Notes under the pieces: generated by a model
The model's input: the letters and a program-made list of their open reading frames with translations, nothing else
Told to the model about the DNA's origin: nothing
The model's database searches: none
DNA from: Pocillopora damicornis
Taxonomy: Eukaryota
Assembly (NCBI RefSeq): GCF_003704095.1
Contig: NW_020846294.1
Coordinates: 186,001-250,000, forward strand
DNA length: 64,000 bases
Direction of reading: 5' to 3'
Made by a program: the position numbers and the translations under genes
Part shown: piece by piece, positions 36,255 to 48,287 of the stretch
How the letters are laid out: each line of letters starts with the position of its first letter
Numbering within the stretch: position 1 is the stretch's first letter

Positions 36255-39045
36255 ATTTTTAGACAGTTTACTTATTAGTCAATTACGGACAATTTTTTAA
36301 TTTTCTGTTATAATGAAAAACGGAGACGCCGCGACTAGAGACCGATCATGACCCTTTGACTCCTAAGAGGGACCAGCGTCTAATTTCTCCTCACAATATC
36401 ACCCCTGAATGACAGATCTACTTCACAAGAATAAAGAAAACGGATCACCAACTAAAGAAGTTCTTGATTTTGAACAAATTTTCCTTGTCAGTTGCATAGG
36501 AAACATTATGTTTCTCCACTGAGAACTGAGGTCAAAAGCCGACATGCCGAAAGGAAAAAAGATAAATTTTTGTTCTGTTTAATTGGATGCAGTTCCCGTA
36601 TTTAATATAAAGTTGGAACTGAATATCTTTTGAGACCAAAAAATTACTCATCGATCTCCGTCAGGCAATTTTGGTTTTACCTACGGAAAATGTGAAAAAT
36701 GCTGCCATCGATGTTTCATTTGCCGCTAATTTTTTGCCTCTTTGTCTTCTGTCCGGAACTGGGGCAATCAACATAGAATTGAAGTTGTTGCTTTTGTGAT
36801 AAACTGAAAAAGGTAAAATAATAATAACAATAACAAAATTGGTAGTTAACTGATTTGATTTGATAGGTGTCATACTAAATAAAAATGTATAAACACATTT
36901 ACCAGCAGTTTGTCATACTCTACCTAAGTAATGAATATTTAAGACACTTTCGACAAATTATTGGCAAGACTTTTGAAATATATTTCAATTTGTTAACTGA
37001 CCTAAAGTTTTTAATATACCTTTACGAACAATGGATGAATCACGATAAATTAATATTCGACCTGGAAATGATAAGTGACGAATTGATCTCCACAAGTTAA
37101 CTGCAATTGATATAAAGCAATTGCAAATAATAAGTCCCGAAGAATAAGATTAAGACCTTGTCGGGTTTCGACGCCATGCCTCACCAATGCTAAACCACAA
37201 AGACACATGTTGAGAGCGACGCAAATTCTACAGTTAGATCTTTGTTTGTTGATAAGGAATCTGATCGCTAATTGTTAATAATATGTAATATGTGCTAATA
37301 TGTGAACTGAAAAAAATTTCAATTTACCTGTGGATAAGATCAGGAGTGAGAAAAAAAAAATGTGTTTACAGGTTAACCATTATGAAAGACGTAACAGAAA
37401 GGAAAGGCTTGGACTGTAATAAAAATTTGCACCTCTCGGATCTCCAAAAGCGTCACTACCAACGGAGTTGCGAAGCCACGTGTCGACACATGTTAGAAGC
37501 GAAGCAGCTTTGGTTCTTTATTCCCCATTAAGTTTGTCGCCATGCTCAGGGAAAGATTGCAATATCGACTTGTTCAATAGTTTTACTATAGTTACAGCAT
37601 TCTAGCACAAGAATTAAAAAAATGTATTTATATTTATAAGCGAAATATGACTTCTTTTATTTCCGGAAAACCGCTTATGAATTCTCTAAGCTAAGCATCC
37701 TTGGCGCATTTGGAAGAATGACTATTTTCTATACAGGAAAGAAAGAAAATCTGACACGTGCTTCTGAAAGTCTTTTAAGTACTTTTGTTGACTGAGCTTC
37801 ACGCCCGAGCGCAGCAAAACGACTTTAATTGCGAGAAATTTTAAAATGCGCTTTTAAAAGGACTTCAATTGAAATTTGTCTTGGATTTACGTTGGAAAGA
37901 AAAATTTAATAACATTGTCGCAAACAATAGCTGGGCGGATAAGAACAAATTTGCATTTCGGCAAGTTCAAAATCCTTTCGGATAGAATCTACTGACACAA
38001 TGGGCCTCATTTTTCAAACAGATCGACTCCTACGCCAGCAGGAGTGAAATTTTGAAAAGCGGAAATTTAGAGAGAAAAAAAAGCAAAAATCATTGCGAAA
38101 TACACCAGCAATTGAAAACAAGCCGCCAATCAGTTGAAAGGCTCAAGTGACTAACTATCTGTCAGCTTTCTTCACGACCTGTGATATTTATTTTCGTGAA
38201 CATCAATCAAGGGATCGGGTTTTCGGCTGAGGTGAGAATTTCCAACATTTTAAAAGTAACTGTGAAATTTATATTTTTATCTTTTCTTCAATGTCCATAG
38301 AGTAAAAACTTTATCTTATGCGCTTGAAAATTTTCATTTCCCTTAAATCCAAAGTCATTTAAATTTTGAGAGACTGCGAAAAAAAGACGAATTTGACTTA
38401 AAAATATATATTTTTTTGAACAGAGCCTATTAATGCCATCAGTATCAAAAATATTTTGGACGGATTTCGATATCTTTTTGTGGAAATCTGAAGGACATTT
38501 GTTTTGATATTTGAAGCATTTCATATTCTTTGATGTATTATTTTATGTTCTCCGCAGTACGAAGTTCGATTGATTTCAAACATTCATTGCTCTGAATTGA
38601 AGTCACCAGAATCTTTAACAAGAGGAACTACTTGAGGCCATAACGGCTTCACATTTCGTCTTTTTCTGAGGCCTTTTTTCATTTACATCGCCAAAGCTTT
38701 ATAACTTTTGTGTTTCATATAATATGCAATCTTCAGCTTTTTTTACAATGTTTGCCTTAATATCTTGCTGTTTTACAATTTCTCCTCGAGAGAGGAAAAA
38801 GCTTGTAAATTAACAATGTAATATAACTTTGAAAAAAAAACATAAGCCATTTCTTTTTTTCATTTCATCCTCGAAGCGTAAACATTCATCATATTGCAAC
38901 TCTTTCATTTATTGATGTTTCTGTTAAATTTTTTAATGACGTTTCCATTTTTGTTCCTACGCTAGGAGCAATAATTCCTGATGTGAGCATCAAACACTTG
39001 AACCGCGGACTGCGACTTTCACCGCTTTGAACGCGAGGATTGGCC

Positions 39046-40347
39046 ATGGGAGAGTCTTTAAACTTTACCGGAAACAATTCACAAGGAACAGATAAACTGG
39101 GAGAGCATGATCTTGCTGTTATAAGCGCCTACGTTTTTATTGTGGGAGTCCTTGGTTTTATCGGAAACTTGTGGGTGTTAATCGCTTTTTGTTGCTACAA
39201 AACTCTGCGGACGACAACAAATTTATTTATAGTTCATCTTGCTGGCTGTGACTTGATATTGGCGGTGATGGATGTGGCTTTTTCTTTTCCTTCCACTGTA
39301 AAGCATCGCTGGCTATTTGGAGCTGTTGGGTGTGAAGCGTTTGGTTTTGTTTACCACTTTTTAAACGCAATGTCTTTCAACACCCTGGCTATAATCTCGC
39401 TCGACCGCTTCTGGGTAATCACGAAACCGTCTTTTGGCGCGAAAATTACCGTGAAACGCGCGTTATTTTGCGTGGGGTTAACGCACGTGTACACACTGTT
39501 TTTCACGCTGCCAATCATTTTCGACTGGATTGGTTTCCAAGAGGAGATTTACTTCACTGGCTGTTATCTAAATTTTGAGAATAGAGACGAACGGACGGTG
39601 ATATACTCCATAGCTGTGGCGATATTTTCATTTCTGGTGCCATTTGTAATCATGATCTATTGTTACTTTTCGATTTTTGCGTCGGTTCGCAAACGTGGAA
39701 AGGAAAACAATTACCTGAAAAAAAGGCGCAGGAAAAATTGCAAATTTACCCTCCCACATTGGAGGACTGCGCGAATGATCGTTGTTGTAATTTTCGTGTT
39801 TTTATTGTGTTGGTCTCCTCATGTTATTGTATCTTTGTGTGTATCGCTCGGAATCAAAGTTTCGATTTTAGTTCAAGAAGTTACATTGCTTCTTGCAAAG
39901 TCAGCCATTATTTACAATCCTTTCATATACGCTGTGCTGAATCATCGCTTCAGACACGCCTTTATTGGAATGTTTTGTCAGAACCGGAGTCAGGAAAGTA
40001 ATGGCGCCGATTGCAGCCGGACGCCAGTCGCCAGTGGTGGACCTGGGTCGAGTTTTAGGATTCCTCGAACAAGCGCATCCGCCAGAACATTGTCGGAACG
40101 GTTATCCGAGAGAGAATTGGGTCGAGAGTCTGCGGATCAGTGTAGGCTAAAAAGTATCAGCTATTGCAAGAAAAGTTTGACGATTTGTAGCTCGGGAGAG
40201 CTACCTTGCGCTCATAATGTAGCACTGGAACAAAACGATCCAGAGGAAACTATGGGTAAGGCAGTAGCACTCGAAGAAATAGGAATGGATAACGACGAAG
40301 AGGAGGGAATTAGAAAGAACGATTTGATCACCATCGAACAAAATTAA
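39046..40347 (+). CDS. Opsin (anthozoan, intronless), paralog of 28196-30265; 433 aa
   Basis: gccATGg at 39046; GN in TM1, LRTTTNLFIVHLAGCD, DRF, CWSP, TM7 LLAKSAIIYNPFIY with the retinal Lys (K285, codon 39898-39900). Confidence 0.94.
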   Translation: MGESLNFTGNNSQGTDKLGEHDLAVISAYVFIVGVLGFIGNLWVLIAFCCYKTLRTTTNLFIVHLAGCDLILAVMDVAFSFPSTVKHRWLFGAVGCEAFGFVYHFLNAMSFNTLAIISLDRFWVITKPSFGAKITVKRALFCVGLTHVYTLFFTLPIIFDWIGFQEEIYFTGCYLNFENRDERTVIYSIAVAIFSFLVPFVIMIYCYFSIFASVRKRGKENNYLKKRRRKNCKFTLPHWRTARMIVVVIFVFLLCWSPHVIVSLCVSLGIKVSILVQEVTLLLAKSAIIYNPFIYAVLNHRFRHAFIGMFCQNRSQESNGADCSRTPVASGGPGSSFRIPRTSASARTLSERLSERELGRESADQCRLKSISYCKKSLTICSSGELPCAHNVALEQNDPEETMGKAVALEEIGMDNDEEEGIRKNDLITIEQN

Positions 40348-43182
40348 TATATTTAAATGTTTGATGAATTGGACTCATTCACATGGTGTTTTAATGGAGA
40401 GAGTAATGAAAAAGACGAGACAGAAATACGATATTAGTCGGTAACTCATTTGATGTGTGATGTGCGGTGGGTCATGTGTAATGTGTTATGTGTGATGTGG
40501 GATGTGAATGAGATCACATTTTACCATCAATGACAATAGAATTGTACTTCGTACCTTTTAAACTTTATCATCTCGTTTCATTTAATGTATAAACTTACTC
40601 AGTGAAAGTCACCTTTGTCAATCGATATTTATGACAAAAATAAATTACTTTCCAACTGCATCAGCGTCTGTCAATGTAGAGTCTCGAGGTCTTGATGCAA
40701 TGGAAACGACTATCAAGCCACCAAAGGTGAGCTTGTTAAAAATTCTTCTCTGGAACAAGCAGCCCGACCATTTTCCGAATCTTATTTGTTTTGTAATGTT
40801 TCTCGAGCGATTTTAGTCAGTTTCGTGTTTTCTGATCTAGCTAGGTAAATCACCAAAGCTGCAGGCAAGCAAATAACAAAAAAAAAACCGCTAAAATGCA
40901 GAAAAAAAAATTAACGCCTGAAATCATTACACTTTGAACAGTGAGTAAAAATCTTCTGAAACAAATTGATGTCATCAAAGTGCATTACTATATCAATTTT
41001 TCAACTGTTAAAAGGGATTTTATCTTTTAATCCTTCCCTTAAGTGTTTCACTGAAAGCTTTTTTAAACGGCTTTCACTTTTTATCGGCGGTGCACATTGA
41101 TAGAAACCAACACGTTTTTACTAGGGTGAAGGGGGAAGCGGGGCAGTGAGAGGAGAGGGGGGTTCACAAATCAGGGACCTGAGAATAGATTATTTAACAT
41201 TCCAGCGATAGTCAAAAATTTTATCTTCGCGAGCTTCGTGTTATCATTACATGGTTACGTGTTAATAACAGACATTGATAAAAAGGAAGGTAGATACCAA
41301 GTATGATAAATATGCTGATGTTATGGGCAATTCTCTCAAGTAGCATACAAAAATACGAATGAAGTCAGTATGGAGAATTTATATGTAGACTTAAATATTA
41401 CTCTTAACTACAGCCGGAGAATAATCGTTCGATAGCTCCCCCCCGCCTCCTCCCGATAAATCTGCACTATTAAAAAGCCTTATCGCATTTATCTTTACGC
41501 TAATGGCTTCGGGAAGATTAAAGATTGCAGGGTTAAATTTCTGTCTACCTTGTGCTTTTTGCACGCGAACTTTGGTACTCAGCTGATTGTATAAGAGAGA
41601 AACTCTTTTTTTAAGAAAGCGGGGCTTTTTAAACACTGTTTGTTTCCGCATTTTGGAAGAGGTATAATTTCCAATGCGCCAAATTTTCATCAACACAGGA
41701 AGGCGCTTAGTACTCTGTTTACCTCGGCATTTTGGCTGATAAATTGAATTTTAGCACTTTATTATGGTCCGCCGTATTTTTTTCCTCAGACTTCGGTCAG
41801 ACTTTTGTTTACCTTGGCTCTCTCCCGAAGGCCTGTTAGGCAAACCATCTTTTTATTTTCCTCTTTGCGGTCTCTGATTTACATTATCAACCAAGTTGAT
41901 AAATCCAAATCATCTCATAATACCCCCCACTGGTCAGCACCTCAGTTTGTTTAGAAACTAACCTCCATTATTTATGAATATAAAAACTGTGCAGATATTG
42001 AGAGCCGCTTTATCACTTTTTGATCCCTCTGATTAAAGTCTGCATTTAATCTCGAGTACATCCGTTACTTCGCTGCAAGGTATTCCGTGTAGCAGCCAGT
42101 TTCCGGATTAAAATAAGTATGATGATTTTGCTGATGATGATTCCGCGAAAAAAATAACACAGTGATATCAAACATCCCAAACCTTTATTGCTTATCGTCC
42201 GAAAAAAAGCAAAAACTCCATAGCGAATCCTTTCAGTGTCAATTCGTGTTCTTCGCGTTCAAATCATCCCTGCGTTTCACGCCAACCTGCCTAACAAAAA
42301 GATTCGCTAGTCCGCAGAATAAAATTCTCCGCAAAATTTTCAATCCAAAGGGGAGTTAGTTTCTGACAAAACAAATATCTGACGAGCAGGTTTGGTTCCC
42401 ATTGTAACTCATAGAATTGCATCGGCTAACACGCGCTTCGTTCACGACGCGCGCGTCAAACGTGTTCACGAAACTCGAGAGACGCGAAAGCACTCTTCAT
42501 TCCAGCAAATCAATGAAGTTGAAAACATTGAATTTTAACAGTTGATGTAGAAAACACTTTTGTTTTCATGAGACGTATTATTGTGCTAACAGACCACTCA
42601 TCGATTTGTTTAAAGCAGAACTAATTTAGCAGTTTAATGAGGTCTTGTTCAAAACACAAGCACGCCAATAATGTACTTTTATTCAAAGAAATTAAAATTC
42701 CGAATGTAAAGGGACTCCGCATCTCAGTACAAAGTTTCCCTTCCCTAAATATTACCTGTAGCTATCTAAAACTAATATAAAATGATCAAAATGGTAAAAA
42801 AGCCATATTGTAATTAAAGGAGAAGTGTCCTTTCTTTGACAAAGTAATAACACACAGCCGGTTTAGACAATAAATGGTTTGTATACATAACGGAACTCTT
42901 ATAGAAATCAACAAACCGCCGACAACATCAAAGCAATATAAATTCGGAAAAAGACTTTTCTGACGCATTCTAGAGGTCGATCTTCGGTACTTGATCAGAG
43001 ATAAGATAAAATAATTTATTTTGCACAATTTTCCAGTGATAACCGCTAACATTCCGCTCCTCTGACCCATAAAAATTACAAACGTCAAGTTTTGAGGGTT
43101 AGCGCATTGAACCCTGATTAAGTCACGTTTTCGAACAGTTGATCGGCGACGAAGAAATCATTTTCAGTTCGCTCAAAGGTAA

Positions 43183-45144
43183 TTAAATCTCGAAAACCTC
43201 CAGCTCTGTTCTACTGTTCCACAAAGTCACTAAATCAGAGACGTGTTCTCTTTTCTCCTTTTCCTCTTTATCTAATTCTGTTTCGCCATTATGCTGCACG
43301 ACTTCTGATCCATTTCCATGACCGCTCGGTGCCAAATCCATAGAGGAATCTCGAATATTTTCAGCGTATTGTGGCGGTTGTGCGTCAAAGTCGATAGAAC
43401 GACCAAACTCATTCGCGTTGTCGCTTCCATTTACTCCATCGATCTCTACTAGCGCAGAGTTCAATGTGTTAGCGACTTGTTCTCGTTCCACCCATTCGCA
43501 CGGACTCTTCGTTACTACCCCGCTACTTTCGCTATCAGATGAATATTCGTGAGCTGTAGGCAGGCTATCACTGCGGGCTCTCGTTTCTCCCAACCAACTT
43601 CCGCGCTTATTCGATATACTCACAGGGAGAGGTTGGTAATTAAACTGCACAGGGCTAAGTCCAGCTGATTTCACGAATGGTTTTTCCACTCTCCTTCTCA
43701 TAAAGCTCGGTATACTTGGAGGCGCCTGGACGTCCGATTCGCTCTCGCCGCTTGCGTCGGAATGAACCGACTCCGATCGCTCGTGCTTTGAGGAATGATC
43801 AAGCGAATGTTGTGAATGCATTTCTACGGAGTGAAATGGCCTTGGAAGACTACCGGCGAACGAGTGACGATAATAATTTGGAGTGGTGCGCCAAGTTTCT
43901 CTTCTCTTGACAACCACTTCGCTTTCAGTCGCTATGGGCGTTTCTTTTGATGGTACGAATGCACTTACTTCTTCATCAGTTTGCTGAGCTTCGGGTCCAG
44001 TTGTTGCTTTAGTTGCGATGACAGGGTGTTCAAATTCTTGCTGTTTCCTGACCTCTTCTTCTTCTTCGCTTACAACACAAACCGATTCGTCGCGCGCAAT
44101 TTCGCTTTCAGTCACAGCTGACGTTTCTTCTGGTTCAGCAAACGAAATTACTTCTTTAACGGTTCTTTCAACTTCGACCCCAATTGTTCCTTCACTTGCG
44201 TTAACGGGGTGTTCAGGTTCTTGCTTATTCTTGACCTCTTCTTCTTCGCTTGCAACACAAGCTGTCTCGTCGCGCGCAATTTCGCTTTCAGTCGCCGGTG
44301 GCGTTTCTTCTGGTGCAGCGAATGAACTTACTTCTTCCTCGATTTGTTGAGCTTCGAGTCCAGTTGTTCCTTTATTTGCAATAGCAGAGTTATCAAGTTC
44401 TTGTTGTTTCTTGTCCTTTTCTTCTTCGCTTGCAACACAAACTGATTCCTCCAGCGCCTGAAGCGCCAGATCTGCGCTTACCGAATCGATCGTCGTGATC
44501 TTTCCATCAGCAACATCACAGTGATCTTCGCGCGCTTTAAATTTATCTTTAAGGTTAGCACTCTCCACCTCTAGTTCGTCAATCCTATTTCTCAACCTAT
44601 CTATCTCTGCTTTCAATCTTTCATTCTCTTCTTTAACGGATGTTAGATCTTCCTCGAGTTGTTCTGCGTGGCTTTGGACTTCGGCTAATCGGATTTTTAA
44701 ATCCGATTTCTCGTGTCCACTTTCAACTGCGCGTTTTCGTAAGCGCAACACCTCATCACTTCGCTCTCTGAGCGAAGCTGTCGCCTTATCTCGTTCCTCC
44801 ATCAATACATCGCATAACTGTCGCAATTCTTCGGGTTGCGTCTTCGATGAAGCAAAATCACTTTCTTCCTGATCCAGACTGGTTGCAGATCCATTTTCAT
44901 TCTTGTCTGACGTACGACTTGCGTGGCCATTCGTAAACTCCCTCGAGGAACCTTCCATTGTGTCGCCGTTAGAAACGCTGACAGTAGCAGACTGAACCTG
45001 TTCGCGGCTGTGATATTCACTCGATGCCGAAAAATCTTTCTTCCCTCTCACTTCTTTGTTCCATTGATCTCCTTTAACATCGAATTGATATTTTTCAAAT
45101 TTATCGCTAAATTCTGCAGATCTCTCATCCAGATCGTCCTCCAT
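43183..45144 (-). CDS. Uncharacterised coiled-coil protein with three 60-aa acidic tandem repeats (653 aa, single exon)
   Basis: Long uninterrupted ORF with a heptad region (~aa 105-210), a repeat block, and a Ser-rich tail with RxRxxS/RxxS motifs. Confidence 0.8.
   Translation of the reverse strand: MEDDLDERSAEFSDKFEKYQFDVKGDQWNKEVRGKKDFSASSEYHSREQVQSATVSVSNGDTMEGSSREFTNGHASRTSDKNENGSATSLDQEESDFASSKTQPEELRQLCDVLMEERDKATASLRERSDEVLRLRKRAVESGHEKSDLKIRLAEVQSHAEQLEEDLTSVKEENERLKAEIDRLRNRIDELEVESANLKDKFKAREDHCDVADGKITTIDSVSADLALQALEESVCVASEEEKDKKQQELDNSAIANKGTTGLEAQQIEEEVSSFAAPEETPPATESEIARDETACVASEEEEVKNKQEPEHPVNASEGTIGVEVERTVKEVISFAEPEETSAVTESEIARDESVCVVSEEEEEVRKQQEFEHPVIATKATTGPEAQQTDEEVSAFVPSKETPIATESEVVVKRRETWRTTPNYYRHSFAGSLPRPFHSVEMHSQHSLDHSSKHERSESVHSDASGESESDVQAPPSIPSFMRRRVEKPFVKSAGLSPVQFNYQPLPVSISNKRGSWLGETRARSDSLPTAHEYSSDSESSGVVTKSPCEWVEREQVANTLNSALVEIDGVNGSDNANEFGRSIDFDAQPPQYAENIRDSSMDLAPSGHGNGSEVVQHNGETELDKEEKEKREHVSDLVTLWNSRTELEVFEI
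43918..44448 (-). repeat. Three in-frame 180-bp coding tandem repeats
   Basis: Units start at 44448, 44268 and 44088 (E[ST][VA]CV[AV]SEEE...ATESEIARD). Confidence 0.9.
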
Positions 45145-48100
45145 TTTCAGAACTCTGCCGCTGTCAAATATGTACTAGCTCGCGTGGTATCTCTCTTATA
45201 ATCAGTGCAACATTTCACGTTCCAACCCTCTGTCGCGATCTTATTGGCGCTATTTACGCCTGCGTGAAATTACAGCCGAATGCTCTCTCGATCAATGCCT
45301 CCTGTCTTTTCTCTGGTAAATGAATGAAAAAAATTTTTTTCCGTTAAATCGATACTGCTCGCTGTGTCTCAAACCGCGAAGGGTTGTGTTTTGCATATCC
45401 TATGTCAGCAGAACTGTTTCTGTTATACAGCTGAGTGATCGCCTTTTGTTCCCGTGAGCTCAGCCATGATAACATAGTTCGTCCCTGTTGGGTTCTGAAG
45501 CATAAATCATATCCGACTGTTGATATTTTATGCGAATTCCTGCAGCTCGGTATTGAAAACACGCGTCCCTGATATTTTTCTCTCAAACAAAAGCTCTTTT
45601 TTCGTCAACTTAAACGCATTCTTGTTGATGGTTACGGTTAAGATCAGAAATATTTTGCTCGAGTCTTCTATTGTCCTTCACGAATGTTCCACAACAACGC
45701 TTTTCATTAACCATGCGTGTTCTATGTGGCGCACGCGCGAATTCTCGTGCAGCACGCGAAGCAGCTTGGCTCGCGCGCGATGTTTGTTATGATTGGAACT
45801 CTTTGAGTCACCAGTGCTGTCTTGCAGGTGTTACATTATTTACAGAGCTGCAGTGGAGTGCCTCTGCAGAATCTTTTGGAATCGTAAGATAAAAGATTTT
45901 TCGAAGTGGTTTATTTACGGTTTATATCGTCCTTCTAATTATTTGTGATAGCTTTGATTTAACACCTGTGGAAAATCTCCGCGCCTTTTTCGTCGTTCCC
46001 GACTCATTTAAAAAGACAAAAACATTCCCACCTTGTTAGCACTAAATTAACGTAATGGTCTTACTTTCAAGTGCAATAACGATTTCCCAGTGTCTCAACA
46101 GTTCTCGAGATAAATCATACCCGAGTTCAACTTTTTCCAACGCGCTCATCACCATTTGTCAATTCAATATCTCCCCTCACCGGTACCGTAGCGCTGAATG
46201 CTCTTGCGTGTAGTTCCCAAATCAATATGTTTGTGGTGCATTTTAACGACTCCCGATGCAAAACCTCCTTTTAATTTCCTGAACCCTGACGTTCGGTTTC
46301 CAAATTTTAGACTTTGTTACCATTCAATTGAAGTTGCGTCTCTAATTGATGAGCCCGATCTTGACAAAAATAAATTTCTTGTTCTAACCGGTTTCCTCTT
46401 TCCAAAGAGCTGGAACACAAAGCATCCAACTGGGCAATCCTCCTCCACGTTTCAAAAGACTCTTTTGAAGGATCGATCTTTCTCTTTTCCGGCTCTTGCA
46501 CTGCAGCCCCAAAATTTCCTGTTTCTTTCCTCGATGTGTCGCGCTCCTTACAAAACCGTAATGACTTCCTGTAATATGCCATGAGCTCTGCGAGAAAACT
46601 TTTTATCTCTATTTGTTTTGAGAGCGATTCCAGAGAACGAGACTATCTTGTCAGCTAGAATTTAAATTCTTGAACTATATTGCACTGGACAATTTCCGTT
46701 GCGTGTGACAATTTTACGAGAGCGTATTTAAGAGTTTTGTTCCTGTTTATTTGGACAAGAGTGGTGTCAATCCTGCTGTTTTGTGGTCATCTCATCTGAA
46801 ATTCTACCCACAAAGTGCAACCACGAAAATACGTGAATTGGGCAGTTTTCCTCTTCATATCCTTTCGCTAATCCCTTAATTACTAAAATCTCATCAGTGG
46901 TTATCCTTTCTTACTGCCATGCAACTCTTATGATGTAAGTTCAAAGAAATTATTATTGAATCAACTAATTATCCCCTAAGTTATTTCTTTCCATTCTCAT
47001 CACCTGTCTGCTTGATATTGTATTGATATTGTAAGGAGAAATTCTGTCTTGGTCATTCATAAAAGTGAAGGGGTTGAATATAACAGGAAATCCTCAATGA
47101 TGCTAAAATATCCCAGTTCCGCTGTCCTTCTTTTGCTGATTACTTGGAGGAGAAAAAAATACCTTAGAGGATAAGTCGATGACAAACAATGACAAAGCCG
47201 CCTGAACTAAGAGGAAGTGCATCGACTCAAATGATGTTTACAAATGACTGAGCTTATCAACAATCGGTAAAGGGATCTAATGAATAAAACCAAGATCAAG
47301 CAATGGTATTTCCTAGTTCTACATTTCCGATTTGATAATCACTTGGAGGAAAAAATTATAACATGGAAGAGAAAGTGATTTCAACGATGACACAGCAGCC
47401 GACAAGCGGAACTAAGGACAACGCATTTTAACCTTTTAGATATGTGTATACCGGTGAGCTGACAGATATAATTCAGATACAAGTACAATAAAGAAACCAA
47501 AACTAAAACTATTTAAGACGTTAAAAATTGGTTTTATGAACTGAGTTTATTATGAAAATCGGCCATCGTAAAGAGTTGTGGTCTAAAGTTGACCTTTCCA
47601 GCGTTAGCCCTTCGCCAGCTATATAAACCCAAATTTTCTAGGCTAGTATGTACCCGCTTACGCGGCACCAAAGTTTGCTTAGAAACTTTCCCCGTTTCAG
47701 TTACATGAGTTTATAGTCCGAAATAAATAAATATTTATATCTGAAATGAACTGGAAGAAAATGAAATTTTTCTGGACTGATAACTTCAGGAGGGTCCTTC
47801 TAATTTAATACAACTGTTTCCTGGCAAGCTTAAGCAAAAACCGGATTCTCATAGGAAGGGAAGGGAAGAGGAGGAGGGGTGGGGGTGGGGAGAGGAGTTG
47901 TGTCATAATCGAAACAGTCAAGTGTACTCCAGAACAATGTATAATTTATTTACCAAGTACGAAATCATTTACCACCAATGACAAATACAACAGCAGTGAA
48001 GCTGAAATTGGCCAAATATCGCCTCCCTGCCCGTAATTCGCATGCTCCAACATTCCGCTATCTGATTACAGGTCTTTCCTGCCTTATACAGACGAGCGGG

Positions 48101-48287
48101 GATTAAGGACCAGAAAGACCAGAGAGATAGTCAAGCGATAATTGGCCAAGACGGTAAACATGGCTATTACATCTAATGGGCCAATCAGATGTTTCAAATG
48201 ACACCTGATAAAATCTTTAAAGTTCTACAAGATGTAACGTTTCATGTAAGGACCTGCGTTATCATGAAGACCGCTGGAGCATGGGAT

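Noticed and set aside
30587-38524. Numerous 60-110 aa ORFs between and around the opsins
   Set aside because: AT-rich compositional ORFs with no domain features or coherent splice chains.
39040-39045. Opsin 2 start at 39040
   Set aside because: TTG codon; the Kozak-context ATG is at 39046.
42131-42150. CTGATGA...GAAA hammerhead-like core
   Set aside because: No convincing stem II or flanking stems; likely chance.
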